From positions 1-32,628 of the forward strand of contig JANTGL010000003.1 of assembly GCA_024762915.1 (NCBI GenBank): 32,628 bases of DNA. Reading direction: 5' to 3'. The position numbers and the translations under genes are program-made. The notes beneath the pieces are model-generated. The model saw only the letters and a list, made by a program, of their open reading frames with translations, searched no databases and was not told the origin of the DNA. Each line of letters starts with the position of its first letter. The stretch's first letter is position 1. Shown here one piece after another: positions 1 through 10,469 of this stretch. The DNA is from Bacteroidales bacterium. Lineage in GTDB: Bacteria; Bacteroidota; Bacteroidia; Bacteroidales; JAADGE01.

Positions 1-39
1 TTTTATGATTATTTATTTCTGTTTTTCGATGCATAATTA

Positions 40-47
40 TACATTTG
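40..47 (+). promoter_or_regulatory. Bacteroidota sigma-70 -7 element (TAnnTTTG)
   Basis: TACATTTG, 26 nt upstream of the ATG at 74. Confidence 0.6.
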
Positions 48-73
48 CTTAGTCTTATATAAATTCTGCTTTT

Positions 74-2149
74 ATGCAAAAAAAACGCCTGAATATCTTT
101 TATAAAATAATCATGTTTGCGCTTGCAGCTGTGATAACCGTATTTATTCTGCCGCACAGCAATAAATTTAAATATGAATTCCAAAAAGGAGAACCCTGGA
201 AACACAGAAGTTTGATTGCAGAATTTGACTTTCCGGTTTATAAAACAGATGAACGAATTAATTTTGAAAAAGACAGCGTATTAAAAACGGCTAAACCCTA
301 TTATATTTTGAATGATGATGTTTTGCAATCAGTTTTAAATGAAGTTGATAAAGATTTTGAAACAGTATTTTCAAATATTCCTAAAGAAGAAAAAAATAAG
401 CATAAATTCAGATTATTTAAAGATTCTTTAATATCCGGTTTTACTAAAAGGATTAAAATAATCTATCAAAAAGGGATTATTGAACCCCTGCCGCCAGATT
501 TTCAATCCGAAAAGGGCAGCCCTAAACTATTTGTATTAACAAACAGTATTGCCGATTTGAAAGAATACAATGAATTTTATTCATCAAAACAAGCATATAA
601 TATTATTTTTAATTACTTCCAACATTATAAAGAACAAAGCCCTGTTCCCATTCCGGATTTAAATATTTCTAAATACATAAAATATAATGTCATTTTTAAT
701 GCCGATATAACAAAAAAAGCAAAAGAACGATTAATTAATGACTTATCACCCGTGAGAGGTATGATTCAGTCAGGCGAGCGTATTATATACGAAGGACAAT
801 TAATTAATGATGATAAATATCAAATATTAATGTCATTGAAGAAAGAATATATGTCCGATCGAAATTCGTACACCAATACATTTATTGTTTTTTTCGGACA
901 ATTTATTTTAACGGGAGCAATTCTTGCCATATTATTTCTGCATTTATTTTTTTATAACAAACCGATTTTTAACAGCAATCGTAAATTATTGTATTTTATA
1001 ACCTTAACATTAATTTTTATTCTGAGTTCAGCAGCTGCGGCATCCGGTAACAATACTAATATATATCTGGTTCCGGTGACTGTTTTGCCCTTGATAACGG
1101 CAACATTTTACAAACCCCGAACGGCCTTTTTGCATCATACGGTAACAATTATGATTATCGGTTACATTGCGGCAAACGGTTTTGAATATATTTTTATTCA
1201 ATTTATTGCCGGCTTTGTTGCCATTTCCGGAGTAAGTCGTTTATATCGGAGAAGTCAAATTTTATGGACGGTATTATTGGTTTTTATAACCTATTTATTT
1301 TTATATTTAGCATTTACGGTTGTACGCGAAGGAAGTTTATTAAACATTGATACCACAAATATTGTTTGGTTTTCTGTCAGTAGTTTCCTTGTCTTAATGG
1401 CCTATCCCTTAATCTATTTATTTGAGAAATTATTCGGCTTTTTATCGGATGTTACATTAATTGAACTTTCTGATACAAACAGACCTTTGTTGAAATTGCT
1501 TTCCGAAAAAGCACCCGGTTCTTTTCAGCATACCGTCCAGGTTGCTAATATTTCGGAAGAAGCGGCTCGAGAAATAGGTGCAAATGTGCTTTTGGTTCGT
1601 GCCGGAGCTCTGTATCATGATGTCGGAAAAATGAATAATCCTTCTTTTTTTGTTGAAAACCAGCATGGTGAGAATCCGCATGACAAAATTGATCCTTTAA
1701 AAAGTGTTCAAATTATTAAAAAACATGTTGATGACGGAATAAAAATTGCTGCTAAATACGGATTACCTCAAGAGGTTGCAGATTTTATACCGACACATCA
1801 CGGAGCAAGCAAAATTATGTATTTTTTGCATAAATTTAAAGAATTACACCCCGACGAAGAAATTGATGAAAATTTATTTAAATATCACGGGAAATTACCT
1901 TATTCAAAAGAGACAGCTCTTGTGATGATTGTGGATTCGGTTGAAGCAGCTTCCAGAACCATAAAAGAGTATTCCGAAGAAAGTATTGATAATTTAGTTG
2001 AACAAATCGTACAATCAAAAATTAATCAAAATTTATTAATAAATGCGGATATTACGTTTGCGGAAATTGATAAAGTTAAAAAAGTTTTAAAAACGAAACT
2101 TAAAAATATTTATCATACACGTGTTGAATACCCTAAGGAAGAAGAATAA
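74..2149 (+). CDS. 7TM-HD (HDIG) membrane phosphohydrolase, PgpH/YqfF-like; candidate cyclic-di-AMP phosphodiesterase
   Basis: N-terminal TM, large extracytoplasmic domain, about 7 TM helices, then an HD domain (APGSFQHT, ALYHDVGK, FFVENQ, HHG, VDSVEAASR). Confidence 0.88.
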   Translation: MQKKRLNIFYKIIMFALAAVITVFILPHSNKFKYEFQKGEPWKHRSLIAEFDFPVYKTDERINFEKDSVLKTAKPYYILNDDVLQSVLNEVDKDFETVFSNIPKEEKNKHKFRLFKDSLISGFTKRIKIIYQKGIIEPLPPDFQSEKGSPKLFVLTNSIADLKEYNEFYSSKQAYNIIFNYFQHYKEQSPVPIPDLNISKYIKYNVIFNADITKKAKERLINDLSPVRGMIQSGERIIYEGQLINDDKYQILMSLKKEYMSDRNSYTNTFIVFFGQFILTGAILAILFLHLFFYNKPIFNSNRKLLYFITLTLIFILSSAAAASGNNTNIYLVPVTVLPLITATFYKPRTAFLHHTVTIMIIGYIAANGFEYIFIQFIAGFVAISGVSRLYRRSQILWTVLLVFITYLFLYLAFTVVREGSLLNIDTTNIVWFSVSSFLVLMAYPLIYLFEKLFGFLSDVTLIELSDTNRPLLKLLSEKAPGSFQHTVQVANISEEAAREIGANVLLVRAGALYHDVGKMNNPSFFVENQHGENPHDKIDPLKSVQIIKKHVDDGIKIAAKYGLPQEVADFIPTHHGASKIMYFLHKFKELHPDEEIDENLFKYHGKLPYSKETALVMIVDSVEAASRTIKEYSEESIDNLVEQIVQSKINQNLLINADITFAEIDKVKKVLKTKLKNIYHTRVEYPKEEE

Positions 2150-2165
2150 TTTATTTAATTCAAAC

Positions 2166-2189
2166 AAAATAACAAAATACTGTTATTTT
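2166..2189 (+). terminator. weak AT-rich hairpin, possible terminator or processing site
   Basis: AAAATAACA-aaatac-TGTTATTTT perfect 9-bp inverted repeat just after the HD gene stop. Confidence 0.3.
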
Positions 2190-2206
2190 TCGTTTATAAT
2201 ATTACT

Positions 2207-2875
2207 ATGAGGCGATTTCTGTTTTTATCAATGTTTTTCGTTTTTATTTTGACTGTCGGATTTTCTCAAAATACGGAAAGTCCGAAAAATAAAGTAAAAT
2301 ATACACCTGCCTTTAAATTTACCGATGGTATATTTCTTAATTTTCAACAAGTAAAAGATAATAATCCGATACCGAAATCTCAAATCTTAACGACAATTGA
2401 TTATAATTCATTTGATTTTTATGACAGATTATTAGAAAATAAATTTATAACGTTATATGATAATCTGGGGATACAAAAAAAAATTGCTGTTGATAAAATA
2501 TGGGGATTCAGCGATAAAGGTATATTATACATTAATGTAAATGATGAGTTTAACCGTATTCCCGTATTCGGTAGTATCAGTCATTTTATTGCAAATAAAA
2601 CGGTTCAGGAATATGATCCCTACCGTTATAATAATTCGTACTATTATTACAACGATCCTTATTCAACAAAAACGGTTATGGTGCAATATTTGTTGGATTT
2701 TGAAACAGGTAAATTATATGATTTTACTGTAGGATCAGTTGAAAAAATAATTTCGAAAGATCCTGAATTATATGAAGAATTTTCCAAATTAGGAAATCGA
2801 AAAAAAAAGAAACTTAAATTTTTGTACATCCGAAAATACAATCAAAAATATCCGGTTTATTTTCCGAAAAAATAA
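2207..2875 (+). CDS. secreted hypothetical protein
   Basis: 222 aa ORF with SPI signal peptide (..VGFS|Q), Tyr-rich patch YRYNNSYYYYNDPY and basic C-terminal helix. Confidence 0.8.
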   Translation: MRRFLFLSMFFVFILTVGFSQNTESPKNKVKYTPAFKFTDGIFLNFQQVKDNNPIPKSQILTTIDYNSFDFYDRLLENKFITLYDNLGIQKKIAVDKIWGFSDKGILYINVNDEFNRIPVFGSISHFIANKTVQEYDPYRYNNSYYYYNDPYSTKTVMVQYLLDFETGKLYDFTVGSVEKIISKDPELYEEFSKLGNRKKKKLKFLYIRKYNQKYPVYFPKK

Positions 2876-2925
2876 ATACTTTTCTGAAAAAAAAACCGTT
2901 TGAAATTTAACTTAAAAACGATATT

Positions 2926-3783
2926 ATGAAAAAACAAATTGTTATTTTAATTTTTATCTTAACTTATTTTTCTGTATTAAGTTCTGCTCAGCAAGTGTTA
3001 CCGACTGAAAAACAGGTAAATACTTTCTTACATTCACGCACATATTTTGTTTATGATAATAACATTTTCGGAATGTATAATTCGGCCGTAAAGGATGCAG
3101 CAAATAAACATTGGAAAATTACGGATTTCGATTTTATTAATAAAGATGCTTTTAAGAAAAAGAAGAATGTTTCTTCGGCATCTATGATTTTACAAACAGA
3201 ATCGCATTTTGAAGGTCAGGAAGAACTCGGTGTGTTCTCTTCATTAAGTTTGGTTCTCGGAAAACCCGGCGGTACGATTAATACCATGCCGGATATAATT
3301 ACCGTTCCGCTTGCATACAGTGATGTTGATTACGATAACTATTATTATAAATTGGGTTTAGCTTTGCTTTTTATGCAAAATCATGTTCAATGGCTTAAAA
3401 ATAATCCGCATGTTGAAGATAAGGTGTTGATAAATCATTACAAAAACAGTAAAAAAAGTACGAAAAATAAAACCTTATGGTTGTTGAAAAATGAAATGGC
3501 TGAAGATGTTAACACGATTGATAAAATTAAACAAGTGTATGACGGTGATGTTAAATTTGTGACAAAAGATGAAATTAAAGAAGCTGTTGACAGTAAAAAT
3601 CAGGATGTATTGGTATTACACTTGGTTGCTCCTTCAAGAAATATAAAAGGCAGTGTTGTTACAAAAATGATTTTGGATGCTGCTAATGCTGATATTTTTT
3701 ATTTTGATTATCATAGAGTAAAAAGTAAAAAGAAACCGAATAAATTCCTTAAATCGGATTTTGAAGCATTAAATAAAATTTAA
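2926..3783 (+). CDS. secreted hypothetical protein
   Basis: 285 aa ORF with SPI signal peptide (..LSSA|QQ); no motif recognised. Confidence 0.8.
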   Translation: MKKQIVILIFILTYFSVLSSAQQVLPTEKQVNTFLHSRTYFVYDNNIFGMYNSAVKDAANKHWKITDFDFINKDAFKKKKNVSSASMILQTESHFEGQEELGVFSSLSLVLGKPGGTINTMPDIITVPLAYSDVDYDNYYYKLGLALLFMQNHVQWLKNNPHVEDKVLINHYKNSKKSTKNKTLWLLKNEMAEDVNTIDKIKQVYDGDVKFVTKDEIKEAVDSKNQDVLVLHLVAPSRNIKGSVVTKMILDAANADIFYFDYHRVKSKKKPNKFLKSDFEALNKI

Positions 3784-3810
3784 TCGTAAGAAGTCTTGTT
3801 ATTAATAATT

Positions 3811-3847
3811 AATGCAGAAACAGTCCTAAAAATTGTTTCTGCATTTT
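3811..3847 (+). terminator. intrinsic terminator-like hairpin
   Basis: AATGCAGAAACA (3811-3822) / TGTTTCTGCATT (3834-3845), perfect 12-bp stem with short T tail. Confidence 0.6.
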
Positions 3848-3869
3848 ATATAAAATCATTTATAATAAT

Positions 3870-4853
3870 ATGCAAATACCTAAGAGCTTCGTATTATTTT
3901 TTATGTTCTCGATAAATTTTGCCTTTTCTCAAAATTCATTTGAATTATTAGATGCTGCTTATCGTAATAACGAAAAAAAAGTATATTACCTGTTGAAAGG
4001 CGGAACCGATGCAAATTCAAGGGATAATAATAATGTAACGCCATTGATGTATGCAGTTGATAACAATAATTTATATCTCTGCAAATTACTTATAAAATAT
4101 CATGCAGATGTCAATATTGTTCCTGAAAATAATAAAACGGCATTATATACGGCTGTGAAAAATAATAATCCGGAAATTGTAAAATTATTACTTGAAAATA
4201 AGGCGAATCCTTATTATACTGATGATTTTAATGTAACACCTTTAATGATTTGCGCTGCTTACGGATATCCTTTAACGGCATCATATTTATGCAGTTACGG
4301 GGCTTCTGTCTCGTTTATGAATTTTTGGGATGTTGATGCTGTAATGATAGCTGTTTATTATAATGATGTTGATATGTTACAAGTTCTTTGGGATTATTAT
4401 GCCGATTTTAATTCGACCGATTCAAACGGTTATACGCCGGTGATGATTGCTGCACAAGAAGGGAATATAAATGCTCTGAAATTCTTGATTGAAAAAAAAG
4501 CCGATATATCGGCTTTAAATAAACACAATCTTAATGCATTAGATATTGCTTTATTACACGGTCATGAAAAAACTGCAAAATATATACTTTCAATAAATCC
4601 GAATATTTGCCACATAATTGATGATAATTTAACAACTTATGATATTGCACAATTAAAAAAAATGAAGGATGTTTTAGTCTTTCTTGAAAAATGTAAAACG
4701 GATAAGATTATAAAACATCGTAAACTTTTAAAGAAATATTATAAATTCGCCGAAAAAAAAATTCACTCGGAAATTTTTGAAATCAAAAATATTAATCCAC
4801 CTGATACTTCAAAACATATTTTAAAGGGAGTAATATTTGATAAAAAAGAGTAA
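3870..4853 (+). CDS. secreted ankyrin-repeat protein
   Basis: Signal peptide (..FAFS|Q); about 7 ankyrin repeats of ~33 aa (TPLMYAV..LLIKYHADVN, TALYTAV..LLLENKANP, TPLMICA, TPVMIAAQEGN..LIEKKADI, NALDIAL). Confidence 0.9.
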   Translation: MQIPKSFVLFFMFSINFAFSQNSFELLDAAYRNNEKKVYYLLKGGTDANSRDNNNVTPLMYAVDNNNLYLCKLLIKYHADVNIVPENNKTALYTAVKNNNPEIVKLLLENKANPYYTDDFNVTPLMICAAYGYPLTASYLCSYGASVSFMNFWDVDAVMIAVYYNDVDMLQVLWDYYADFNSTDSNGYTPVMIAAQEGNINALKFLIEKKADISALNKHNLNALDIALLHGHEKTAKYILSINPNICHIIDDNLTTYDIAQLKKMKDVLVFLEKCKTDKIIKHRKLLKKYYKFAEKKIHSEIFEIKNINPPDTSKHILKGVIFDKKE

Positions 4854-4865
4854 ATTAATAAGTTA

Positions 4866-5477
4866 ATGAATACATATTACGAAAAAATACCGAAAGATGT
4901 TTTAAATGAACTTCCGATAAGAAGTTTTGAAGGGGAGATTTTTTTTATTGATAATGAAAAAGATTTTAATAAAGTGCTTCCGTTTTTAAGGGATGCTGAA
5001 ATTTTGGGATTTGATACCGAAACGCGTCCGGCATTTAAAAAAGGAATTACTTATAATGTTGCTTTGTTACAATTAGCAACTTCCGATAAAGCATTTTTAT
5101 TCAAATTGGATAAATTGGGCTTGCCGAATGAACTTGTAAATATACTCGAAGATAAGAATATAGCAAAAGCGGGAGTTGCTATACATGATGATTTAAAAGC
5201 ATTGCAAAAATTGAGAAAATTTATACCGGAAGCTTTTGTTGAATTACAAACATTTTCTGATCAATTTAAAATTGAAGATAACGGTTTAAAAAATCTTTCC
5301 GGAAATCTGCTTGGTTTCCGAATTTCTAAAAGTGCAAAGCTAACAGATTGGTCTAATGATATTTATACTGAGGCACAATTAAAATATGCCGCAACCGATG
5401 CTTGGGTTTCTTACGAAATTTATTTAAAACTTTTATCTTTAAACGGTAATTTTAATCTTATTGAAAACAATTTATAA
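4866..5477 (+). CDS. 3'-5' exonuclease (DEDDy, WRN/RNase D-like)
   Basis: ExoI GFDTET, LLQLA, ExoII HDDLKAL, ExoIII QLKYAATDAW. Confidence 0.9.
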   Translation: MNTYYEKIPKDVLNELPIRSFEGEIFFIDNEKDFNKVLPFLRDAEILGFDTETRPAFKKGITYNVALLQLATSDKAFLFKLDKLGLPNELVNILEDKNIAKAGVAIHDDLKALQKLRKFIPEAFVELQTFSDQFKIEDNGLKNLSGNLLGFRISKSAKLTDWSNDIYTEAQLKYAATDAWVSYEIYLKLLSLNGNFNLIENNL

Positions 5478-5545
5478 ATTTTCGCAAAACTTTATAAACT
5501 CAAATCTACTTTCACGATTTTAAACATTTAAAATTTCAAAAAAAA

Positions 5546-6841
5546 ATGAAACTTGAAATAAAAAATACGGAAAACTTTATTGATAAAGCAAAACTCGTTG
5601 AATATAAAGTAAATGCAAGTAAAGCGAATAAATCTTTACATCAAAAAAACGGTTTAGGAAATGATTTTCTCGGATGGGTTAATTTGCCGAATGAAATTTC
5701 CGAAGAATTAATTTCTGATATTGAAAAAACGGCAGAAACTGTTCGGAAGAAAATTGATGTAATGGTAACCGTCGGAATCGGCGGTTCCTACTTGGGAGCA
5801 AAAGCCGTTATTGAAGCATTATCTGATAATTTTTCAAATTTTAAAACCGAAACAAATCCTATAATGCTGTTTGCCGGAAATAATTTAAGTGAAGATTATC
5901 TTTATGAACTTACTGATCTATTGAAAGATAGAAAATGGGCAATCACGGTAATTTCTAAATCCGGAACAACTACCGAACCGGCTGTTGCATTCAGAATTTT
6001 AAAATCAGAATTAGAGAATAAATACGGTAAAGAAGAAGCTTCAAAACGTATTATTGCCGTAACGGATAAAGAAAAAGGGGCATTAAAGCAATTGGCAAAT
6101 CAAGAAGGATATAAAACCTTTGTTATTCCGGATGATGTGGGCGGAAGATTTTCAGTCTTAACCCCGGTGGGTTTGCTTCCGATTGCAATTGCCGGATTTA
6201 ATATTCGTAATTTAATTCAAGGTGCAATTGATACGGCTGAAAATTCATCTTTCGAAAAAAATGAAAACAGTGCAGAAGTTTATGCTGCTGTTCGTAATAT
6301 ATTATATGATAACGGATTTACAAATGAAATTCTTGTGAATTACAATCCGAAACTCAGTTTTTTTGCCGAATGGTGGAAACAACTTTACGGTGAAAGCGAA
6401 GGAAAGGAAAGTAAAGGAATTTTTCCTGCAAGTGTCACTTTTACAACTGATTTACATTCTATGGGACAGTACATTCAAGACGGAAAACGCAACTTATTTG
6501 AAACAGTGATTTCTGTTGAAAAAACAAAATACGATGTAAAACTTTCAAAAGACAGTGATAATCTTGATAAATTAAATTACCTGGCCGGTAAAAATATAGA
6601 AGAAATTAATAAAAGTGCCGAACTCGGAACCTTAAAAGCCCATCTTGAAGGCGGCGTTCCGAATATTCGAATTACAATTCCCGAAATTAATGAATATCAC
6701 ATCGGAGAATTAATTTATTTCTTCGAAAAAGCATGCGGTATCAGCGGTTATATTCTTGGTGTTAACCCGTTTGATCAACCCGGTGTGGAGGCCTATAAAC
6801 GGAATATGTTTCAGATTCTGGGAAAACCCGGATATGAATGA
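5546..6841 (+). CDS. pgi: glucose-6-phosphate isomerase
   Basis: [58 protein letters not shown]. Confidence 0.97.
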   Translation: MKLEIKNTENFIDKAKLVEYKVNASKANKSLHQKNGLGNDFLGWVNLPNEISEELISDIEKTAETVRKKIDVMVTVGIGGSYLGAKAVIEALSDNFSNFKTETNPIMLFAGNNLSEDYLYELTDLLKDRKWAITVISKSGTTTEPAVAFRILKSELENKYGKEEASKRIIAVTDKEKGALKQLANQEGYKTFVIPDDVGGRFSVLTPVGLLPIAIAGFNIRNLIQGAIDTAENSSFEKNENSAEVYAAVRNILYDNGFTNEILVNYNPKLSFFAEWWKQLYGESEGKESKGIFPASVTFTTDLHSMGQYIQDGKRNLFETVISVEKTKYDVKLSKDSDNLDKLNYLAGKNIEEINKSAELGTLKAHLEGGVPNIRITIPEINEYHIGELIYFFEKACGISGYILGVNPFDQPGVEAYKRNMFQILGKPGYE

Positions 6842-6889
6842 AATCTGTTTTTTTCAAAAACTAAATTTATATAATTCTGATTACTTGTT

Positions 6890-6897
6890 TATATTTG
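6890..6897 (+). promoter_or_regulatory. -7 promoter element for the lysS operon
   Basis: TATATTTG(C), 26 nt upstream of the lysS ATG. Confidence 0.6.
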
Positions 6898-6923
6898 CAA
6901 GCTAATATTTTACGATAATAATT

Positions 6924-8645
6924 ATGAGTTATATTGAATTAAGTGAACAAGAACAATTAAGAAGAAAATCTCTTGAAGAAATCAGAAAATTAGGTATAAA
7001 TCCCTATCCGGCAGCAAAATATGAAGTAACATCCTACAGTGCCGACATAAAAGAAAGTTATAAGGATGATGAAAAAAACTTTCAGAACATAAGTATTTCC
7101 GGCAGAATTATGACTCGCCGAATTATGGGAAAAGCATCTTTTATCGAACTTCAGGATTCAAAAGGTAAAATTCAGGTTTATATAAGTCGGGATGATATTT
7201 GTCCCGGTGAAGATAAAACTTTATACAATACTGTTTTTAAGAAATTGCTGGATTTAGGTGATATTATAGGTATTAAAGGTGCTGTTTTTATTACTCAAAC
7301 CGGAGAAATTACTGTTAAAGCAAAAGAATTTACCATACTGACGAAATCCGTCAGACCTTTGCCCGTTGTAAAAGAAAAAGACGGCAAAACATACGATGCT
7401 TTTTCCGATCCGGAACAAAGATACCGAATGCGTTATCTCGATTTAATTGTAAATCCGCATGTAAAAGAAGCTTTTATTAACAGAACAAAGCTAACCAATT
7501 CCATGCGTGAATATCTTAACGGAAAAGGATATTTGGAGGTTGAAACACCGATTTTACAACCGATTTACGGCGGTGCAGCGGCAAGACCTTTTAAAACACA
7601 TCACAATGCACTCGATCAAACATTATATCTTCGAATTGCCGATGAATTGTATTTAAAGAAATTAATAGTCGGCGGATTTGACGGTGTGTATGAATTTGCC
7701 AAAGATTTTCGTAATGAAGGCATGGATCGTTTTCACAATCCGGAATTTACCCAAATGGAATTGTATGTTGCTTACAAAGATTATTTCTGGATGATGGAAA
7801 CCGTTGAAGAAATGGTGGAAAAAATTGCTATGGATATTCACGGAAAAACGCAAGTGCAAGTCGGTGAACATGTAATTGATTTTAAACGACCTTGGAAACG
7901 GTTTACAATGTTTGAAGCCATCGAACATTTTACCGGTATTGATATTTCAAAAATGCAAGAAGCCGAATTAAGAGCAACTGCCGAAAAATTGGGTATTGAA
8001 ACAGACGATTCTATGGGTAAAGGAAAATTAATTGATGAAATTTTTGGTGAAAAATGTGAAGGACAACTTATTCAACCGACTTTTATTACCGATTATCCGA
8101 TTGAAATGTCTCCGCTTGCAAAAAAACATCGCAGTGAAAAGGGTTTGGTCGAACGTTTTGAAGCTATTTGTAACGGAAAAGAAATTTGCAATGCTTATTC
8201 CGAATTAAACGATCCGATTGACCAGCGCGAACGTTTTGAAGAACAACTTTTGCTGGCAAAACGCGGTGATGACGAAGCCATGATGCTCGATGAAGACTTT
8301 CTAAAAGCCATTGATTACGGAATGCCGCCGACATCGGGACTTGGTATAGGAATCGATCGATTGGCAATGATAATGACCAATTCCGATTCGATTCAAGATG
8401 TGTTGTTCTTTCCGCAAATGCGACCCGAGAAAAAAGAACAAATTGATACACCGGAAAAATATGTTGAAAAAGGCATCCCGGAAGATTGGGTATCTCTTAT
8501 TCAAAAACTTGGTTTTAAAACAGTTGATGCAATGCAAGAAGCAAAACCCGGTAAATTGTTTAATGACCTTTGCGGATTAAATAAAAAAGGCAAATTGGGC
8601 TTGAAAAATCCGACAGCTGATGATGTTAAAAAATGGTGTGAATAA
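6924..8645 (+). CDS. lysS: lysine--tRNA ligase (class II) with Bacteroidota C-terminal extension (DUF4332-like)
   Basis: OB-fold (RIMGKASF), [47 protein letters not shown], plus ~70 aa tail. Confidence 0.98.
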   Translation: MSYIELSEQEQLRRKSLEEIRKLGINPYPAAKYEVTSYSADIKESYKDDEKNFQNISISGRIMTRRIMGKASFIELQDSKGKIQVYISRDDICPGEDKTLYNTVFKKLLDLGDIIGIKGAVFITQTGEITVKAKEFTILTKSVRPLPVVKEKDGKTYDAFSDPEQRYRMRYLDLIVNPHVKEAFINRTKLTNSMREYLNGKGYLEVETPILQPIYGGAAARPFKTHHNALDQTLYLRIADELYLKKLIVGGFDGVYEFAKDFRNEGMDRFHNPEFTQMELYVAYKDYFWMMETVEEMVEKIAMDIHGKTQVQVGEHVIDFKRPWKRFTMFEAIEHFTGIDISKMQEAELRATAEKLGIETDDSMGKGKLIDEIFGEKCEGQLIQPTFITDYPIEMSPLAKKHRSEKGLVERFEAICNGKEICNAYSELNDPIDQRERFEEQLLLAKRGDDEAMMLDEDFLKAIDYGMPPTSGLGIGIDRLAMIMTNSDSIQDVLFFPQMRPEKKEQIDTPEKYVEKGIPEDWVSLIQKLGFKTVDAMQEAKPGKLFNDLCGLNKKGKLGLKNPTADDVKKWCE

Positions 8646-8651
8646 AGCTGA

Positions 8652-9494
8652 ATGATGGTAAAAGAAAATCAGTCCGAAAAAACTTTGAAAGAATTATTTT
8701 TTCATGTGGGTTTGGCTAAAACCGGCTCCACTTATTTGCAAAATAAATTCTTTCATAAACTGAAAGGCATCAAATACATTCATACTTCAAAGTTTTATAA
8801 ATACAATGAAATAATTGCATCCGATGAAACAAATGCTTTGTTATTTTCGCGAGAATTTGACCGACAATTTTTTGATGAAACGATTAAAATTGCCGAGAAA
8901 TATCCTTATGCAAAGATACTGATTGTCATACGCTCTAACGAAAAGTGGATTGCTTCCCAATATCGAAGATATGTTAAAAACGGAGGTTCTCGTTCTTTTG
9001 AAGATTTCATTAATATTGAAACAAATAAAGGCGTTTGGAAAATTGAAGATGCATTATTTTTACCGAAACTGAAATATTTAAAACGGCATTTCAGTCATAA
9101 ACCTTTAATTTTATTTTATGAAGAATTTCAGGAAAATCCGCATAAAACATTTAAAAAAATTGCCGATTATACAAATACTTCATACCATGATGAAGAAATT
9201 AATTTAAAAGCAAAACATAAATCGTATTCGGATAAACGGTTGTTATTTATAAGAAAACTTACGAGTCGGTTTTATAAAAAAGATCCCTATGAATTTTCTT
9301 CGGGAGAAGTTACTTGGTTAAAATACAGAACACGATGGTTTATTTTGCATATATTTTTATATCTTGCAAAGTTAATTCCGGGAAAAAAAGAAACTATTTT
9401 AATACCGAAATCTAAACTTTCGGATTACAAAAGATTTTACGGAAAAGATTGGGATGCTTGTAAGGAATTTGCAAAAGAACATTCGGCACTTTAA
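8652..9494 (+). CDS. PAPS-dependent sulfotransferase-family protein
   Basis: 5'-PSB motif FHVGLAKTGSTYLQ, 3'-PB motif R-x7-S (IRSNEKWIASQY), LFYEEF motif; no signal peptide. Confidence 0.78.
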   Translation: MMVKENQSEKTLKELFFHVGLAKTGSTYLQNKFFHKLKGIKYIHTSKFYKYNEIIASDETNALLFSREFDRQFFDETIKIAEKYPYAKILIVIRSNEKWIASQYRRYVKNGGSRSFEDFINIETNKGVWKIEDALFLPKLKYLKRHFSHKPLILFYEEFQENPHKTFKKIADYTNTSYHDEEINLKAKHKSYSDKRLLFIRKLTSRFYKKDPYEFSSGEVTWLKYRTRWFILHIFLYLAKLIPGKKETILIPKSKLSDYKRFYGKDWDACKEFAKEHSAL

Positions 9495-9502
9495 CAAAAA
9501 AA

Positions 9503-10459
9503 ATGAAGATAAGCGGTTTTACAATGGGTAAAAATGTATCGAAATTATACTATCCGATACGCGAATCAATTGAGTCAATTTTGCCGATTGTCGATGAATT
9601 TGTTGTTGCATTGGGCGATAGTGATGAAGATGATACAACAGAGGAAATAATTAAAAGTATAAATTCGTCTAAAATAAAAATTATACACACCGTATGGGAT
9701 ATAGAAAAATATCCGAACGGAACAGAAAATGCGCGACAAACAAATATCGCAAAAGATGCTTGCACGGGAGATTGGTTACTGCATTTACAAGCCGATGAAG
9801 TCATTCATGAAAAATATCTTGAAACAATTAAAAATGCTTGTGAAAAGTATCTTGACGACGAAAATGTTGAAGGTTTTTTGTTTCAATATAAGCATTTTTA
9901 CGGTGATTACAATCATTTTATCGATTTTCACGGTTGGTACCCGAAAGAAATTCGTTTGGTCAGAAATAAACCGAATATTTATTCGTTTCGTTCGGCACAA
10001 TCGTTTAAACGCATTCCGAATTTTGACGGAAAAGACTTTCGACAAAAACACGGAACATTTCCCTTAAATGTCATTGAATTAGATGCTTATATCTATCATT
10101 ACGGATGGGTGCGTCCGCCCGAGTATATGCAGAAAAAAACAAAATCTTTGGATACCATTCATCACGGAAAAGAAAAAATTGAAGAAGAATACAAAACGAA
10201 AAAAGCATATTTTGATTACGGAAATATGTCAAAATTACCTGTTTTTGAAGACTCGCATCCGGCAATTATGAAGAATAAAATTGCAGATTTTATCTGGAGT
10301 GACAAATTACATTTTGAAAAAAAATATAAAGTGTCAAGAGCAAAAATGAAACACGAGAAGTTTAAAAGCAAAATTCTGACTTTTATCTCAAAAAAAATAT
10401 TGAACGGAAAACAACTTTTCGGATATTCAAATTGGAACATTATCGGTAAAGAATTTTAA
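9503..10459 (+). CDS. glycosyltransferase family 2 (GT-A fold)
   Basis: ESIESILPIVDEFVVALGDSDEDDT, CTGDWLLHLQADEV, IYHYGWVR. Confidence 0.88.
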   Translation: MKISGFTMGKNVSKLYYPIRESIESILPIVDEFVVALGDSDEDDTTEEIIKSINSSKIKIIHTVWDIEKYPNGTENARQTNIAKDACTGDWLLHLQADEVIHEKYLETIKNACEKYLDDENVEGFLFQYKHFYGDYNHFIDFHGWYPKEIRLVRNKPNIYSFRSAQSFKRIPNFDGKDFRQKHGTFPLNVIELDAYIYHYGWVRPPEYMQKKTKSLDTIHHGKEKIEEEYKTKKAYFDYGNMSKLPVFEDSHPAIMKNKIADFIWSDKLHFEKKYKVSRAKMKHEKFKSKILTFISKKILNGKQLFGYSNWNIIGKEF

Positions 10460-10469
10460 ACATAGCAGA

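Noticed and set aside
6800-6860. pgi truncation or TGA readthrough (ends at GKPGYE)
   Set aside because: All catalytic motifs are present; only a short variable tail is missing and no recoding signal is evident
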